Shown: in pieces, positions 11,340 through 21,651 of the stretch
Layout of the letters: every line of letters begins with the position of its first letter
How positions within the stretch are numbered: the stretch's first letter is position 1
From: Schizochytrium sp. TIO01
Taxonomy: Eukaryota > Protista > Bigyra: Labyrinthulomycetes
Assembly: GCA_004764695.1 (NCBI GenBank)
Contig: SMSO01000031.1
Span: 3,510,436 to 3,574,435 of the forward strand
Direction of reading: 5' to 3'
Length of the DNA: 64,000 bases
Made by a program: the position numbers and the translations under genes
The notes under the pieces: generated by a model
The model's input: the letters and a program-made list of their open reading frames with translations, nothing else
Databases searched by the model: none
What the model was told of the DNA's origin: nothing

Positions 11340-11900
11340 ATGAATATTGATTTTCACGAAAACCTCGAAGGGATTGACCTCGAAGAAAATGACTTACTTA
11401 AGAACCTTCGCTCCCTGGCTGCATGGGGTTTGCCGTACGCAGAACGTCTACTAAAAGAGCTCACTGAAGAAAGCACGATCGAAGATGAAGAGCGAGCGCA
11501 CGATCTTGAGACCAACACTGAGGGTTTTACACAAACCGGAGAGGATCCACATGTGGTTGAGAAGAGGGATGAACAAAAAGCAGATGAGGATGTTGTTTCT
11601 ATGGAAACAATTTTTTGCAATGAAGAGACTTTTGAAGAGGACTTTCTTAAACCACGCACATTGCAAAAGGAAGTCTCTGCAAAAAAGCTTGGCGAGATTC
11701 AGGAAGTCACCATAATACGGCAAACAATTCTCGAATGCAGCCCCAACCCGATGATTGACCTGGAAAACACAATGTATTTTCAAGAAGATCTTACCGGGAA
11801 GATAGACTTTCCAACTCAAGCGGGAGCCTACAAGCAATCACCACATGCTTCAGAAGAAAATGCATCTTCAGAGTCGTGCTATCCTTGCACAATTTTATAA
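11340..11900 (+). CDS. Hypothetical acidic protein with C-terminal CaaX motif (CYPCTIL)
   Basis: 186-aa ATG-initiated ORF, Glu-rich, ends C-T-I-L-stop; no recognisable domain. Confidence 0.6.
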   Translation: MNIDFHENLEGIDLEENDLLKNLRSLAAWGLPYAERLLKELTEESTIEDEERAHDLETNTEGFTQTGEDPHVVEKRDEQKADEDVVSMETIFCNEETFEEDFLKPRTLQKEVSAKKLGEIQEVTIIRQTILECSPNPMIDLENTMYFQEDLTGKIDFPTQAGAYKQSPHASEENASSESCYPCTIL

Positions 11901-12684
11901 AACCTGAGTCAATGCTCAACCAACCGTTCGCCTGCTCTTCCCTTACTTGTATTTATTTATTTTATATCTAATTTATCTTTGATCTAAATGGTTTGTTTGC
12001 TGTGAACAAAAATGATCAACATGTATCCTCATTCATGAAAACAAATAAAATTACAGATTTAATGGTTTTAATTAATTCTAGTATACATCATAGGATACAA
12101 TATAAAAGTGTAGTATATTTTGCTGGTTAAGCCAGCAGACGAGATATTATAGGTTGTATTTTGCGTGGCAGAGTTTAGGTCTAGTTTAATAAAATCATGC
12201 AAACATATTTTGTAGTGTCAGAAGTTTGCATACATGAAAGGAATAGTGGTCAAAGTCACCTAGCAGATTGTCAGTGCCTGTAACTGATGCATTTACAGAA
12301 AGAGAGTTAGGAAGTATTACATTGTGGTCCCTCCCCCTTTCTATTTCTAATATGTCTCAAGCGTCTCTTGAAAACTGAGATATTGCTTCCCGCGATGGCC
12401 AATTATAGAACTGCCATCTGTTCTTCGTCGTAAATCATAGTCCTTGTATTCTATCGAAATTGGTGTGTCTTATTGGGACATTAAAATTGCCCAAAGAGCT
12501 CGTAAATGCAGACACCCCCTTATAGTGCGCAGTTTGTTTGTTTTTTAGAAAGAAAACGAGGGAACTGCCCCCTCCCCTGAGCAGGGTAAGATTTGGTTTC
12601 ATTCACTCATGCCGATTTGTAAGTTAATTAATAATCATGAAGACCGACAATTGCAGCCGAACGGCTTTAGGAGGTGTTCATGAA

Positions 12685-15615
12685 TCACCGAAAAGCAGGC
12701 CGTCGACGACCGCCTGAAGAGGGTGTAGTGGCACTTGCCGGTGTCACGTTTGTAGTTGTAGTTGTGCCAGATGTGACTCTAACTGGCTTTCTCCTTGAAA
12801 TATGTGGAGGAGGGGAAGGTGGCGAACGGGCTGCCACCTTATAAGCCGACGAAACGCGGCCCTTAAGTACTGATGACCCTGTCCGGGATCTTGATGATGG
12901 GGTTGCAGAAGAAGGTGTAGCTTTGGGCGTCAAGTAACGTGTAGACGTAAGGTTGGGTTCCTCCTGAAAAAGTTCACGTTGTGTAGATATGCGATTTCCT
13001 TCTCTTCTTGCGTACATCGCAGATGCCTGTCGGGTCACGGAAGCCGGCGTTGTCGCTGACGTGACCCGTTTCACCGGCCTCTGCGCTCCTTTCTGTGGTG
13101 TTCGCCCTAGGTGTTCTTCAGGAGTTGAAGCGAGAGCTACTGATTGATGAATAGCAACCTCCTTGCTAGTAGTTGTAGAAGCAATTACAGTTGCGGTTGC
13201 AGATTTCTTTTTTTCCTGCTGCTTCTTCCAGCGCGCATACGATTCTTCAGGATCCCATCGCCGTGAATTCGCTGCCGAATTTTCTTTTTGCTGCTGTGAA
13301 TCGGTGTAAGCTGGCAGTAATTGACGTGGAACTGTAGGGAACTCACGGGTAGTATGCGAGTCCCAAGTATTAACTCCTCGAGAGGAAAGTACTGGAATAT
13401 GCGAAGTAAGCTGCACTACCGGTGGAGTACAGTCCTGAATATTAAATTGATCCTGAGCATCCTGAAGTTCTGTATCAACGCTAACAAGGGACATCTCCAG
13501 GGCTTCTTTGCGCGGGAGGTCTTGCCGCGAGCCCAAAACCTTGGCCACCTGCTTTTTGAACGACGAAGCGAACTTTCGTTCAAGTGCTTTCAACTCTTTG
13601 TTTTTCTCAGCCTCCCACCGTTTTTTCTCACGGTCTAAATGTTCGCGAGTCAAAATTTGTGCAGGCTGTTGAAGCAAGAATGGGCTCGTAGAAGATTCAT
13701 TGGTTTGAGTTGAAGCATGGTTACGAGTACGCTCTGCGCGCGTAAGCTCCATCTTTTTGCGAGCAAGCTCTGTCCTTAAGCGAATAACTTCATTTTCAGC
13801 GATGGCAAGATCGGCCTCCAGGACAGATTTGGTGCGTTCTAAGTCCTCGTTACGGCTACCCAAGGAAACAATTCGATGTTCTTGGTCTTCAATTCGACGA
13901 GCACTTCGATCAAGAGCATCACCAACCTGATCTAGTTTCTCTTGAAGCAATGTGCGTTCTGCCTCAATACGCTCCTCAGACTCTTTTTTAGCCTGAGCCA
14001 GCTTTTGACGCAACTTATCTGAAGTTTGCTCAGCTTGATCAAGAGAAGCTTTATGCTCAGCTGTAATACGCTCCTGATCAGCAAGCGTGTTTTCAAGCTC
14101 GTTAGCCTGCTCTTCCCACATTTCAGCTAAAGCGCTCAGCTTGTTTTGGTTCTCTTCAAGTTCATTGATACGAACTTGCAGCTTCTCTGGAAGGCCTGGG
14201 AAGTCAGTATCCACTGCGGGAATTAAAACCCCGTCCTCATGGCGATGCAAAGCCTTAATTGCACAATAAGCAGCAACAAGTTTGCCAAAGAGAAACTTAT
14301 TATCTTCACTTGAGCGAGTCAGCTCGTCAGTTGCCAACTGTAATTGAGCATGGTAAGCTCCAAGGCGATCTAGGAGAGGATCTTTTTCTGTGTTGACACC
14401 AATTTCATGAGTTTTTGAGGCACGCGGTACCTCCACAGATGCTCTATATCCAGCAGTATTTGGTGAAACAGGTTTAGTGGCACTAAACTGATTCAAATGC
14501 GCGATTTCGCGACGCAATTCGGCTCTTTCCCGGTCAAACTCGGCCATAAGCTTTTCTTTTTGACGAGCGAGCTCTCTTTCAAGAGTATTACGATCACTAG
14601 TCTCTGGTCGACGCGGATCGGGCAAGTTTCTTCCTCGTACCTCTGCCCAAGCGAGGTCAAGCTGGCTCTGCTGCTCGCGATTTTTAGTGCCAAGATCTGC
14701 TACAGTGCGCTTCAGATCATCGATTTCAAGGTTGAGTTTTTTATGCTGAGCCTCCTTTTTAGCAATCTCTTCACGCCATTTTTCGTTTTCACGAGCCACT
14801 GCTGCTTCACGATCTCGCTTCATATCTTCAATGACCCGCTGAAGATTGTGATCCTGATGCGAGAGACTCTCCCGGTACCTTGCCTCATCGGTGATATTTT
14901 TGTTCTCACGTGAAATATGGAGTGCACTAAATCGCGCAATTTCAAGATTGAGACGGTCGATCTCTGCTTGAAAACTGGTTTCGCTTGCATTACGGTTCTG
15001 CTTCTCATTTTCTAGATCAATCTGGATTTGCTCTCGCGCTGTTTCGGAGGTGCATAGCGCTGCCCTGGTTTCCTTCTCCCGACTTCTTGCCTGCTCAAGT
15101 TCATGTCCGCGCAGCATCGCAAGTGATGCATCTAAGGCACCAGCATCTGGGGTTGGAGCAGTAATGTGTCGCAAAAAATGAACGTGGTCATGCAAGTCTT
15201 TCAGCTCTGCATTGAGATCTGCAACGTTCTTCTTGCACCCTGCAAGCTCACTGCGAAGGACAAGATTCTGAGCCTTTGTGTGTCGTGTGAGTGCCTCGCG
15301 TTGGTGGAGTTCGGCTTGCAGAAGCGATATTTGATTACGAGCCTCCCTAAGTTCATTCTCAATTCGACTGCTCGCCTTAGAAAGAGATTGTTGAGTATCC
15401 GCAAGGGCTTCCAAGCGTCTGACAGTCATATTCTGAGTAATGTTCAAAGAGCTCGCGTTTTGACGGGTATTCTCTAACGTGAGCCATGATGGACACGTTG
15501 AGAGTTCCTCAAGGACAGCATGGTCTTTATCCCCTCCACTTATTAGCCAATCTGGCTCAAAAGACCAACCAGCATTTCTTCTGCCAGTAGGCACGGCTCT
15601 TGAGCCGCCAGGCAT
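12685..15615 (-). CDS. Long coiled-coil protein with S/T/P/R-rich disordered C-terminus
   Basis: About 975-codon ORF (first ATG 15615) with extensive heptad-like E/L/R/Q-rich segments. Confidence 0.85.
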   Translation of the reverse strand: MPGGSRAVPTGRRNAGWSFEPDWLISGGDKDHAVLEELSTCPSWLTLENTRQNASSLNITQNMTVRRLEALADTQQSLSKASSRIENELREARNQISLLQAELHQREALTRHTKAQNLVLRSELAGCKKNVADLNAELKDLHDHVHFLRHITAPTPDAGALDASLAMLRGHELEQARSREKETRAALCTSETAREQIQIDLENEKQNRNASETSFQAEIDRLNLEIARFSALHISRENKNITDEARYRESLSHQDHNLQRVIEDMKRDREAAVARENEKWREEIAKKEAQHKKLNLEIDDLKRTVADLGTKNREQQSQLDLAWAEVRGRNLPDPRRPETSDRNTLERELARQKEKLMAEFDRERAELRREIAHLNQFSATKPVSPNTAGYRASVEVPRASKTHEIGVNTEKDPLLDRLGAYHAQLQLATDELTRSSEDNKFLFGKLVAAYCAIKALHRHEDGVLIPAVDTDFPGLPEKLQVRINELEENQNKLSALAEMWEEQANELENTLADQERITAEHKASLDQAEQTSDKLRQKLAQAKKESEERIEAERTLLQEKLDQVGDALDRSARRIEDQEHRIVSLGSRNEDLERTKSVLEADLAIAENEVIRLRTELARKKMELTRAERTRNHASTQTNESSTSPFLLQQPAQILTREHLDREKKRWEAEKNKELKALERKFASSFKKQVAKVLGSRQDLPRKEALEMSLVSVDTELQDAQDQFNIQDCTPPVVQLTSHIPVLSSRGVNTWDSHTTREFPTVPRQLLPAYTDSQQQKENSAANSRRWDPEESYARWKKQQEKKKSATATVIASTTTSKEVAIHQSVALASTPEEHLGRTPQKGAQRPVKRVTSATTPASVTRQASAMYARREGNRISTQRELFQEEPNLTSTRYLTPKATPSSATPSSRSRTGSSVLKGRVSSAYKVAARSPPSPPPHISRRKPVRVTSGTTTTTNVTPASATTPSSGGRRRPAFR

Positions 15616-17716
15616 GATGATTTGCAATTAAGATATTCAAGATAAGATTGACAAATCCAAAATGCCAAAAGATGCAAAGTATTGCAACCAGGGAATCTAT
15701 ACCTGGTGATCTCCAAATAAATGATAGGTTTGGTTTGATCCTATGTCGCTAGATCAAACAGATTCCCCTCGTAGTTGTCGTAACCTATTAATAATTTAGA
15801 TAAACGAGTTGTGGCTTTTGACAAGAGCCCAGATCTTCGATCTCGGTGCCAAGCTTAACTCAGGTTGTGCCAAAAGAAGACAAGATCAGAACAGGAGAGA
15901 GATACTTGAGGTTCAAATGAACACAGCGAGGAGCAAAGATCCCACCCCGGGTCTTGCTCAGGTGCCTGCGTACGTGCGCGCAGAAGATCGCAACCGCGAT
16001 TCTCAGCGAAGAGATCGTCGCCGTGGTTAGTAGTTTGCGAAGGCGAGGGAAATTTTGCATCCCAACCACCAGGGGTATCTAAGAACTCTATCCTTCGATA
16101 CAAAGTCCTTAGTTACACCCCAACCGCTCCAGTCCTTCTCTATGATAATATGCAAATGGAAAAAGAGTATAGGGGCTTATTAAAATTAATGTACTCAGTG
16201 CGAGTTCGTCGCGAGACGGCCGATAATAGTGGTTGCAGAGTAGACAGTAAAAGTTAGAGATCTGTAGGGGTTATAGAGGGAGTTTCTCACATAAAGTATC
16301 CGTTGATTGTGGCGCGGAGACGTGTCAGGACTAAGGTTGTTTTTGTAAGATGCCGTTTACTCTGCACAAGAGACAAAGAGCTCGCCTGGTCCCGGGTTTG
16401 CGACGTAGGACAAGTAAATCGCTCAAAGTAAGCGTGTACTTGTGGAGGCCTTTCCTTGCAGATACTCCATACCGAAAAATAAACAAAGTAAGAGTATTAG
16501 TGAATTAGTGTCGTGACAGCTTTCTCCCGACTTCGTGGTAAGTGCCCGAAATCGAGAAATTGATCAGTAGGAAGGTAGGGCTTAGAGTCCAAAAGGTGTC
16601 AAAAAATTGCTCGTTCGCCAACATTCTAAAGTACCTTTAACAAAGCACCAACACTAAGACTGCTTGCCTCGCTTATAGTATCAAAGTTGCCCACGACACA
16701 GCATTATCTACGCATGCATGCATCTAGACAAACATTGTTTCCACTCGTTCATTGACTCATGATTCACTGCTCATTTTAGAAATTGATTGAAATCTCAGCA
16801 GAACGGAAGTGGTAGCCAAACCCTAGCCTGTCTCTAGTTGTTACAAAAGAGGAAGAGGGCGTTTACATCTCCGTTGAAGTGACGAAGCTGTGTCAAGCTT
16901 TACTCCTGAAAGTAAAACTTTGATACAATAGTAAAGAGGAAGTAGTTGAGTGTGTATGTGTGTGCAAGTGTTTATATGTGATTAGGTAAGCAATCAACTT
17001 GAAATCAGTTGATTATTTGGTTGCTTGTTTCTTAGCTTGCAAGGTTGCCTGAACGAGCAAATCCTGCTTTCGTTCACGTTGCATCTGCTGCAGCTTCCGA
17101 CAGTGCTTGGTGGACTTAGGCATAGGAGGCCAAGGCCCTCGAAAGAGTTGAAGCGCCGACCCGCTTCGCTAGCTCAGGGGAAACACCGACTAAAGAGGTG
17201 ATTTATACTGGTGCGCAGAAGACTTGGACGTTCCCAAAGCACATCAACTCACTTTTCAGTAGAATCGTAAGGAGCTAAATAGGTAACATTTGGGTAGAGA
17301 GTCCGAAGACTTGGTGGAGTTGTGTCTGCAAAGCATTTCAGCTTGCCAAACGAGCAGCGACACTTGCATCAGCGACACTAGCAAGAGCAAAGTCTGGCCT
17401 GTGGATAAGCTGTTGGTTGCTTTCGCGGTGGACGTCGCGCGAAGAGGGACCCAATACGCTTTGAGAATAGGAGATCTTTCATACCAGCACAGTGCAGTGC
17501 AAAGAATCAATCAACCAAGTGATCTTCATCTACAGATTCGTGGGAAATCCAATTAAGTAGCATTAGCCGACACACATTAGAAGAATTGTATCTTCGCGGC
17601 GATTCAGGATCGAGAAGAAACAATCTCCAGACCTCTGTGCTGACAGCCTGTAATCATATTCGTAGAAGAGCTTCTACGCTCTTGAGTGCTGCAGACGCAA
17701 GGCACTTAGTGCCAAA

Positions 17717-18973
17717 ATGGGTGCTACTTCAAGCATAACGAAAAAACCTGCTCCTGAGGTGCGGACATTGTCGATCCAGCGCCTCAGCCGCAGCAATTCG
17801 CATCCAGAAATTGGGTCACTGGAGTATGAGACCCCTCCAAAGAAGTCGACTACGTACGAAGCGCAGAGCGCTTTGGAGCAGCGTGTCATTAAAACTCTGA
17901 AAGAGAAGAACAAAGAGCGTATGCAGGCTGGCCGCTCTCACAGTTCATGTGTAAATCGTGTCTTGTTGAACTTTCCGAAGATGCAAAAGACATTCAAGGA
18001 ATTGCATCGCTTGTATGATGAGACAGACACAGACCAAAGTGGCAGTTTGGAATTCAACGAAGTTGAAATTCTCATGGGCAAGCTTAATCCCTCTATCAAA
18101 AAGGACACCATTGTACAGATCTTTCAAGATGCTGACGTTTCGAAAGATGGATCTGTTCAATTTAAGGAGCTTATTTGCTGCATTGGGTTGGCGTACATTC
18201 TTGACCTTATTCCTGAGCTCTCAGAGGAAGAAAGCAGCGAAGTTAGATCAAAAATATTCGCAGATACAAAGGGTGTCAGGCGTGTGTTTGAACTTGCGAC
18301 GGAAATGTTTCTTGCATTTGATGTATCTTGCTCTGGAGTGATTACTTACAAAGATATGGAGAAAGCCCTAAATGAAACCTCTGGCGAGGCTGAAATGACC
18401 AAAGACACGCGAGCTAGTAATCAACGGCGTCGCGACTCTCAATCTCGTCGCAACTCAGTTGACCCTGCTCAACTTATGTTTGCTTCGCAGAAACGCAAAG
18501 GAAGTTGGAAAGACTCTCTCGGAGGACTTTTGGCTGGCAGACAGAATAGCAAAGACAAAAATAGCCTCATCCAGTTTGAGCAGCTGGTGCGCACCTCCTC
18601 GTCGGGTAGAAACGTGGCGGTGCACGAGTGGAAGCAGCACAAGGAGGAGTCAGAGAGTGGTGAAATTGACATTGAGACAGGCGAGGTGACGAACCTCAAT
18701 GGCCCAGGCAGTGCAAGAAGCAGGTCGAGCGGAGGAGAAAAAATGGTTGAGGTTCAAAAACCTGCTTTCAATCCAGCACCACCAAAGAAGGGCTCAGTTT
18801 CAAGAAGCGGCAGTACACATCAAGACCTGATCAGTGGCTTCATGAGTGTTGAGCGATGGAAGGAGCTTGATCTTGATGGGTCAGGTGAGATCACCTTTAT
18901 GGAGTTCCTCGTGACTTTTGTTAAGTGGGTTTCATCTTTATCAGGTGAGGATGAGGACGAGGATGATGCATAA
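17717..18973 (+). CDS. N-myristoylated four-EF-hand calcium-binding protein, CML21/22-like
   Basis: MGATSS myristoylation consensus. EF loops DTDQSGSLEFNE, DVSKDGSVQFKE, DVSCSGVITYKD and DLDGSGEITFME. VLLNFPKM and EFLVTFVKWV plus acidic tail resemble plant CML21. Confidence 0.85.
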   Translation: MGATSSITKKPAPEVRTLSIQRLSRSNSHPEIGSLEYETPPKKSTTYEAQSALEQRVIKTLKEKNKERMQAGRSHSSCVNRVLLNFPKMQKTFKELHRLYDETDTDQSGSLEFNEVEILMGKLNPSIKKDTIVQIFQDADVSKDGSVQFKELICCIGLAYILDLIPELSEEESSEVRSKIFADTKGVRRVFELATEMFLAFDVSCSGVITYKDMEKALNETSGEAEMTKDTRASNQRRRDSQSRRNSVDPAQLMFASQKRKGSWKDSLGGLLAGRQNSKDKNSLIQFEQLVRTSSSGRNVAVHEWKQHKEESESGEIDIETGEVTNLNGPGSARSRSSGGEKMVEVQKPAFNPAPPKKGSVSRSGSTHQDLISGFMSVERWKELDLDGSGEITFMEFLVTFVKWVSSLSGEDEDEDDA

Positions 18974-19839
18974 GACGTCAAAGAATATTAGAGTGTATTG
19001 GCACATGATGTGCTTGTCTCTTTAGTTTCTTGCTATCCATTTCTGATCGTGATCTCTGGATTTTGATTAAGACCAGATTCCAAAACGTTCTTTGCATAAT
19101 TAATCTTTATGATGGAGCTGGAGAAGGAAAAAACAAAAAAAGAGAAGAAGGAGAATACATACTTATGGGACCCTATCTTTTATGATGGACACAAGTTAAA
19201 ATTTCCAGATCAGAATCAGGGTTTCGTGTACGTTATTGCTAAGTCCTTCTTAAAGACGTTTCGGATCCTCAGTTACATTTGCATTTTCGGCCCGGTAGTG
19301 TTGTTATTCATCTAGGCAAAGACACTTTCCTCAGCTACATCGATAATCGTAAAATTTATGAAGTTGTTTTCTTATTGTTGATTCTGTTTTTAATTGGGAG
19401 TATTCTTGAAAACTATGAAAGTCGGGACGGTATTTCTTCGGATGCAAAAAAAAAAGTTGTACATTCTTTGTTGTGGCAATGCCACCTACTATACTCCTTC
19501 ATTTAAAGATAGTGTTGGAGAGTCTCTCTTAATGAGCCTCGTTTAAGCTTATACAAAAATATGAACTTGAAATAATGAAAGACCAACAGCGATGAGGTGC
19601 AGAGGGATGCGCTTTATACGGTAATCTCCTTTTTATCTTTATCTTTCTACTTTCTCAATTCTTGGGTTGTTAGGTGAATGCAATGCCTCCCTTTAAATGT
19701 AAAACAGTCGCACAGTTGGCTGCTTTCAGGCTGCAATAAGCACACGATGCAGCAAGCAGGCGTATACCCTTTGTTCCCCTCTTGCCGTGAGTTTTCCGAC
19801 AGAAAGAGGCAACTTAATCTTTGTCCTTCCTTTTCCTTT

Positions 19840-20580
19840 TTAGAAAATGACATCGTCTTCGTTCGATTCTTCGTAACCAGGCAAAAGACTGTTCGATTCA
19901 ATCTGCTGTTGTACTTCAGAGTCGCCATCAGAGGGAGGGGCGTCGTCACTCATGGCCACAACCTTCTTAAGGCGGAAAAATTCCTCTCTCTCCATTTCGT
20001 CGAGTTCCTTAGCGATGTACTTTACTGTGGCATCCATGCGGGGAATAACAACGAACTCAAGGGCATTTACACGGCGGTTTGTGACCTTGAGGGCTTCGTC
20101 AAGGGTGACAAAGGAGGTTTGTAGACTAGCCAGTTTGACGAGCTTAAGGATAAGAGACTGGAACTTTTTCTTGGCCTGCTCAATGCTTTGGCCGCCCTGT
20201 GCAAGACCGAGCCGGTTGTTACCCTCAGTCTCCACAAAGTTTTCTTGAAATACTGGAAGACGGACACCAGCCACGTTATCTTCCGAGGCAAAAACACGTA
20301 CAGTGGCATCCTTTACCTCGTATGCCACATTATCACGAAACTTCTCGTTCAAGTACATGGCACTAGCCAGGCCAAGGAAGGCTGCCGGCATTTCCTCAGC
20401 CAGAGCAAGCTTGGCCTCTTTGATCTCCTTCAAGAGGGCACGAAACCGAGCCTTCAAAGCATCAGCCTTCTTTTTCAGAAGCTCGTAACCCTTTTGGGCT
20501 CCCTTAACCTTGGCCTTGTAGGTCTGCTGATTCATACGCGTGGCGAAAACACCATCAATGCGGTCTCCGCTTCCGCTCAT
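19840..20580 (-). CDS. ATP6V1D: V-type H+-ATPase V1 subunit D
   Basis: [50 protein letters not shown] and [15 protein letters not shown]. Confidence 0.98.
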   Translation of the reverse strand: MSGSGDRIDGVFATRMNQQTYKAKVKGAQKGYELLKKKADALKARFRALLKEIKEAKLALAEEMPAAFLGLASAMYLNEKFRDNVAYEVKDATVRVFASEDNVAGVRLPVFQENFVETEGNNRLGLAQGGQSIEQAKKKFQSLILKLVKLASLQTSFVTLDEALKVTNRRVNALEFVVIPRMDATVKYIAKELDEMEREEFFRLKKVVAMSDDAPPSDGDSEVQQQIESNSLLPGYEESNEDDVIF

Positions 20581-21651
20581 CTTGGGTCTCTAAATCTGTA
20601 GATGAGTGAACTCCAAATTCCTAGAAATCCTGACAAACTGTGGAACTGTTGATCGCAAAACCCTGCAAATGCTCGCAACCTTGCAAAGATTTTCTCTTCA
20701 AGATACCTGCCCAAAGGGGGGAGAAGACCAACAAATGGAGTCGAGAGGAATGACCCGATGATCGCTCAAATGGACTCTTGCCTCTCCGCGCCCAAGTGAT
20801 AGACGCCACGCGGGAACCGAGTCAGAATTCTGAAACTCTAGACGCTACGCGGGGGTCCTTGCAGCGCGCACAGTCGGTCAAGCGAGCGAGCGGCGAGTGC
20901 GCGAGGCAGTGGAGAGGATCTGTCCAAGTATCTAGTATCTATTTATCTGTCTATTTATCTGTCTTTAGTTAGGGAAATGATTATAAAATAGAGGTCTTCG
21001 TTCTATTGTTTATTTCCTGCAAGTGAAATATCCCTCGAAAAAGCCATTTGAGACCTTCCCATAAATATACACATTTCTTTGTATTCTTTACTTGTTCTTC
21101 ACTTGTTTCCATCCCTACTACCTACTTACTGCCTACCTAGTCACGCGAAGCCCTGCTCCGTGAAAAAGCTTTTTTTTAACGCAATTGGATATTTCAGTTT
21201 ATGAATATACAGGAAACTGGGTAAACTTTAAATAGTTCACTTTTACAGATACTATAGTCTACTTGTGGGAGCCACAGAGAAGAGCTAAGTTTGTCTAAAA
21301 TTTTCAAGGGACAAGTGATAATCTTGTGATGCAGTAATTGTAGGTGCCGTTACGATTAGGGATTGTTCTGCGTCAGAGTTACAGGTAGGGCGAGCAAAGT
21401 TTGCTTTTTGGAAACCGCAATTTATCATATTTCAAAAGCCGGAAGAGGTTGGAGCGAAGCTAAACGAAATCAAAACGACAATTGGTCGAGACTCGATGCA
21501 CTTCCACTAGACGGCCGCAGAGGGAAACGTTGCCTGTGGCTAAGGGAATTATTTTTGCGAAGCGGGCTTACAAACACTTGTGAATTCATACATTTATAAA
21601 CCCAATTAATGTTTATGCTCGCTGGGTGCATTGGGAACTGCAAGGCTGGAT

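Noticed and set aside
16818-16826. AAACCCTAG telo-box-like word
   Set aside because: Single copy, expected by chance.
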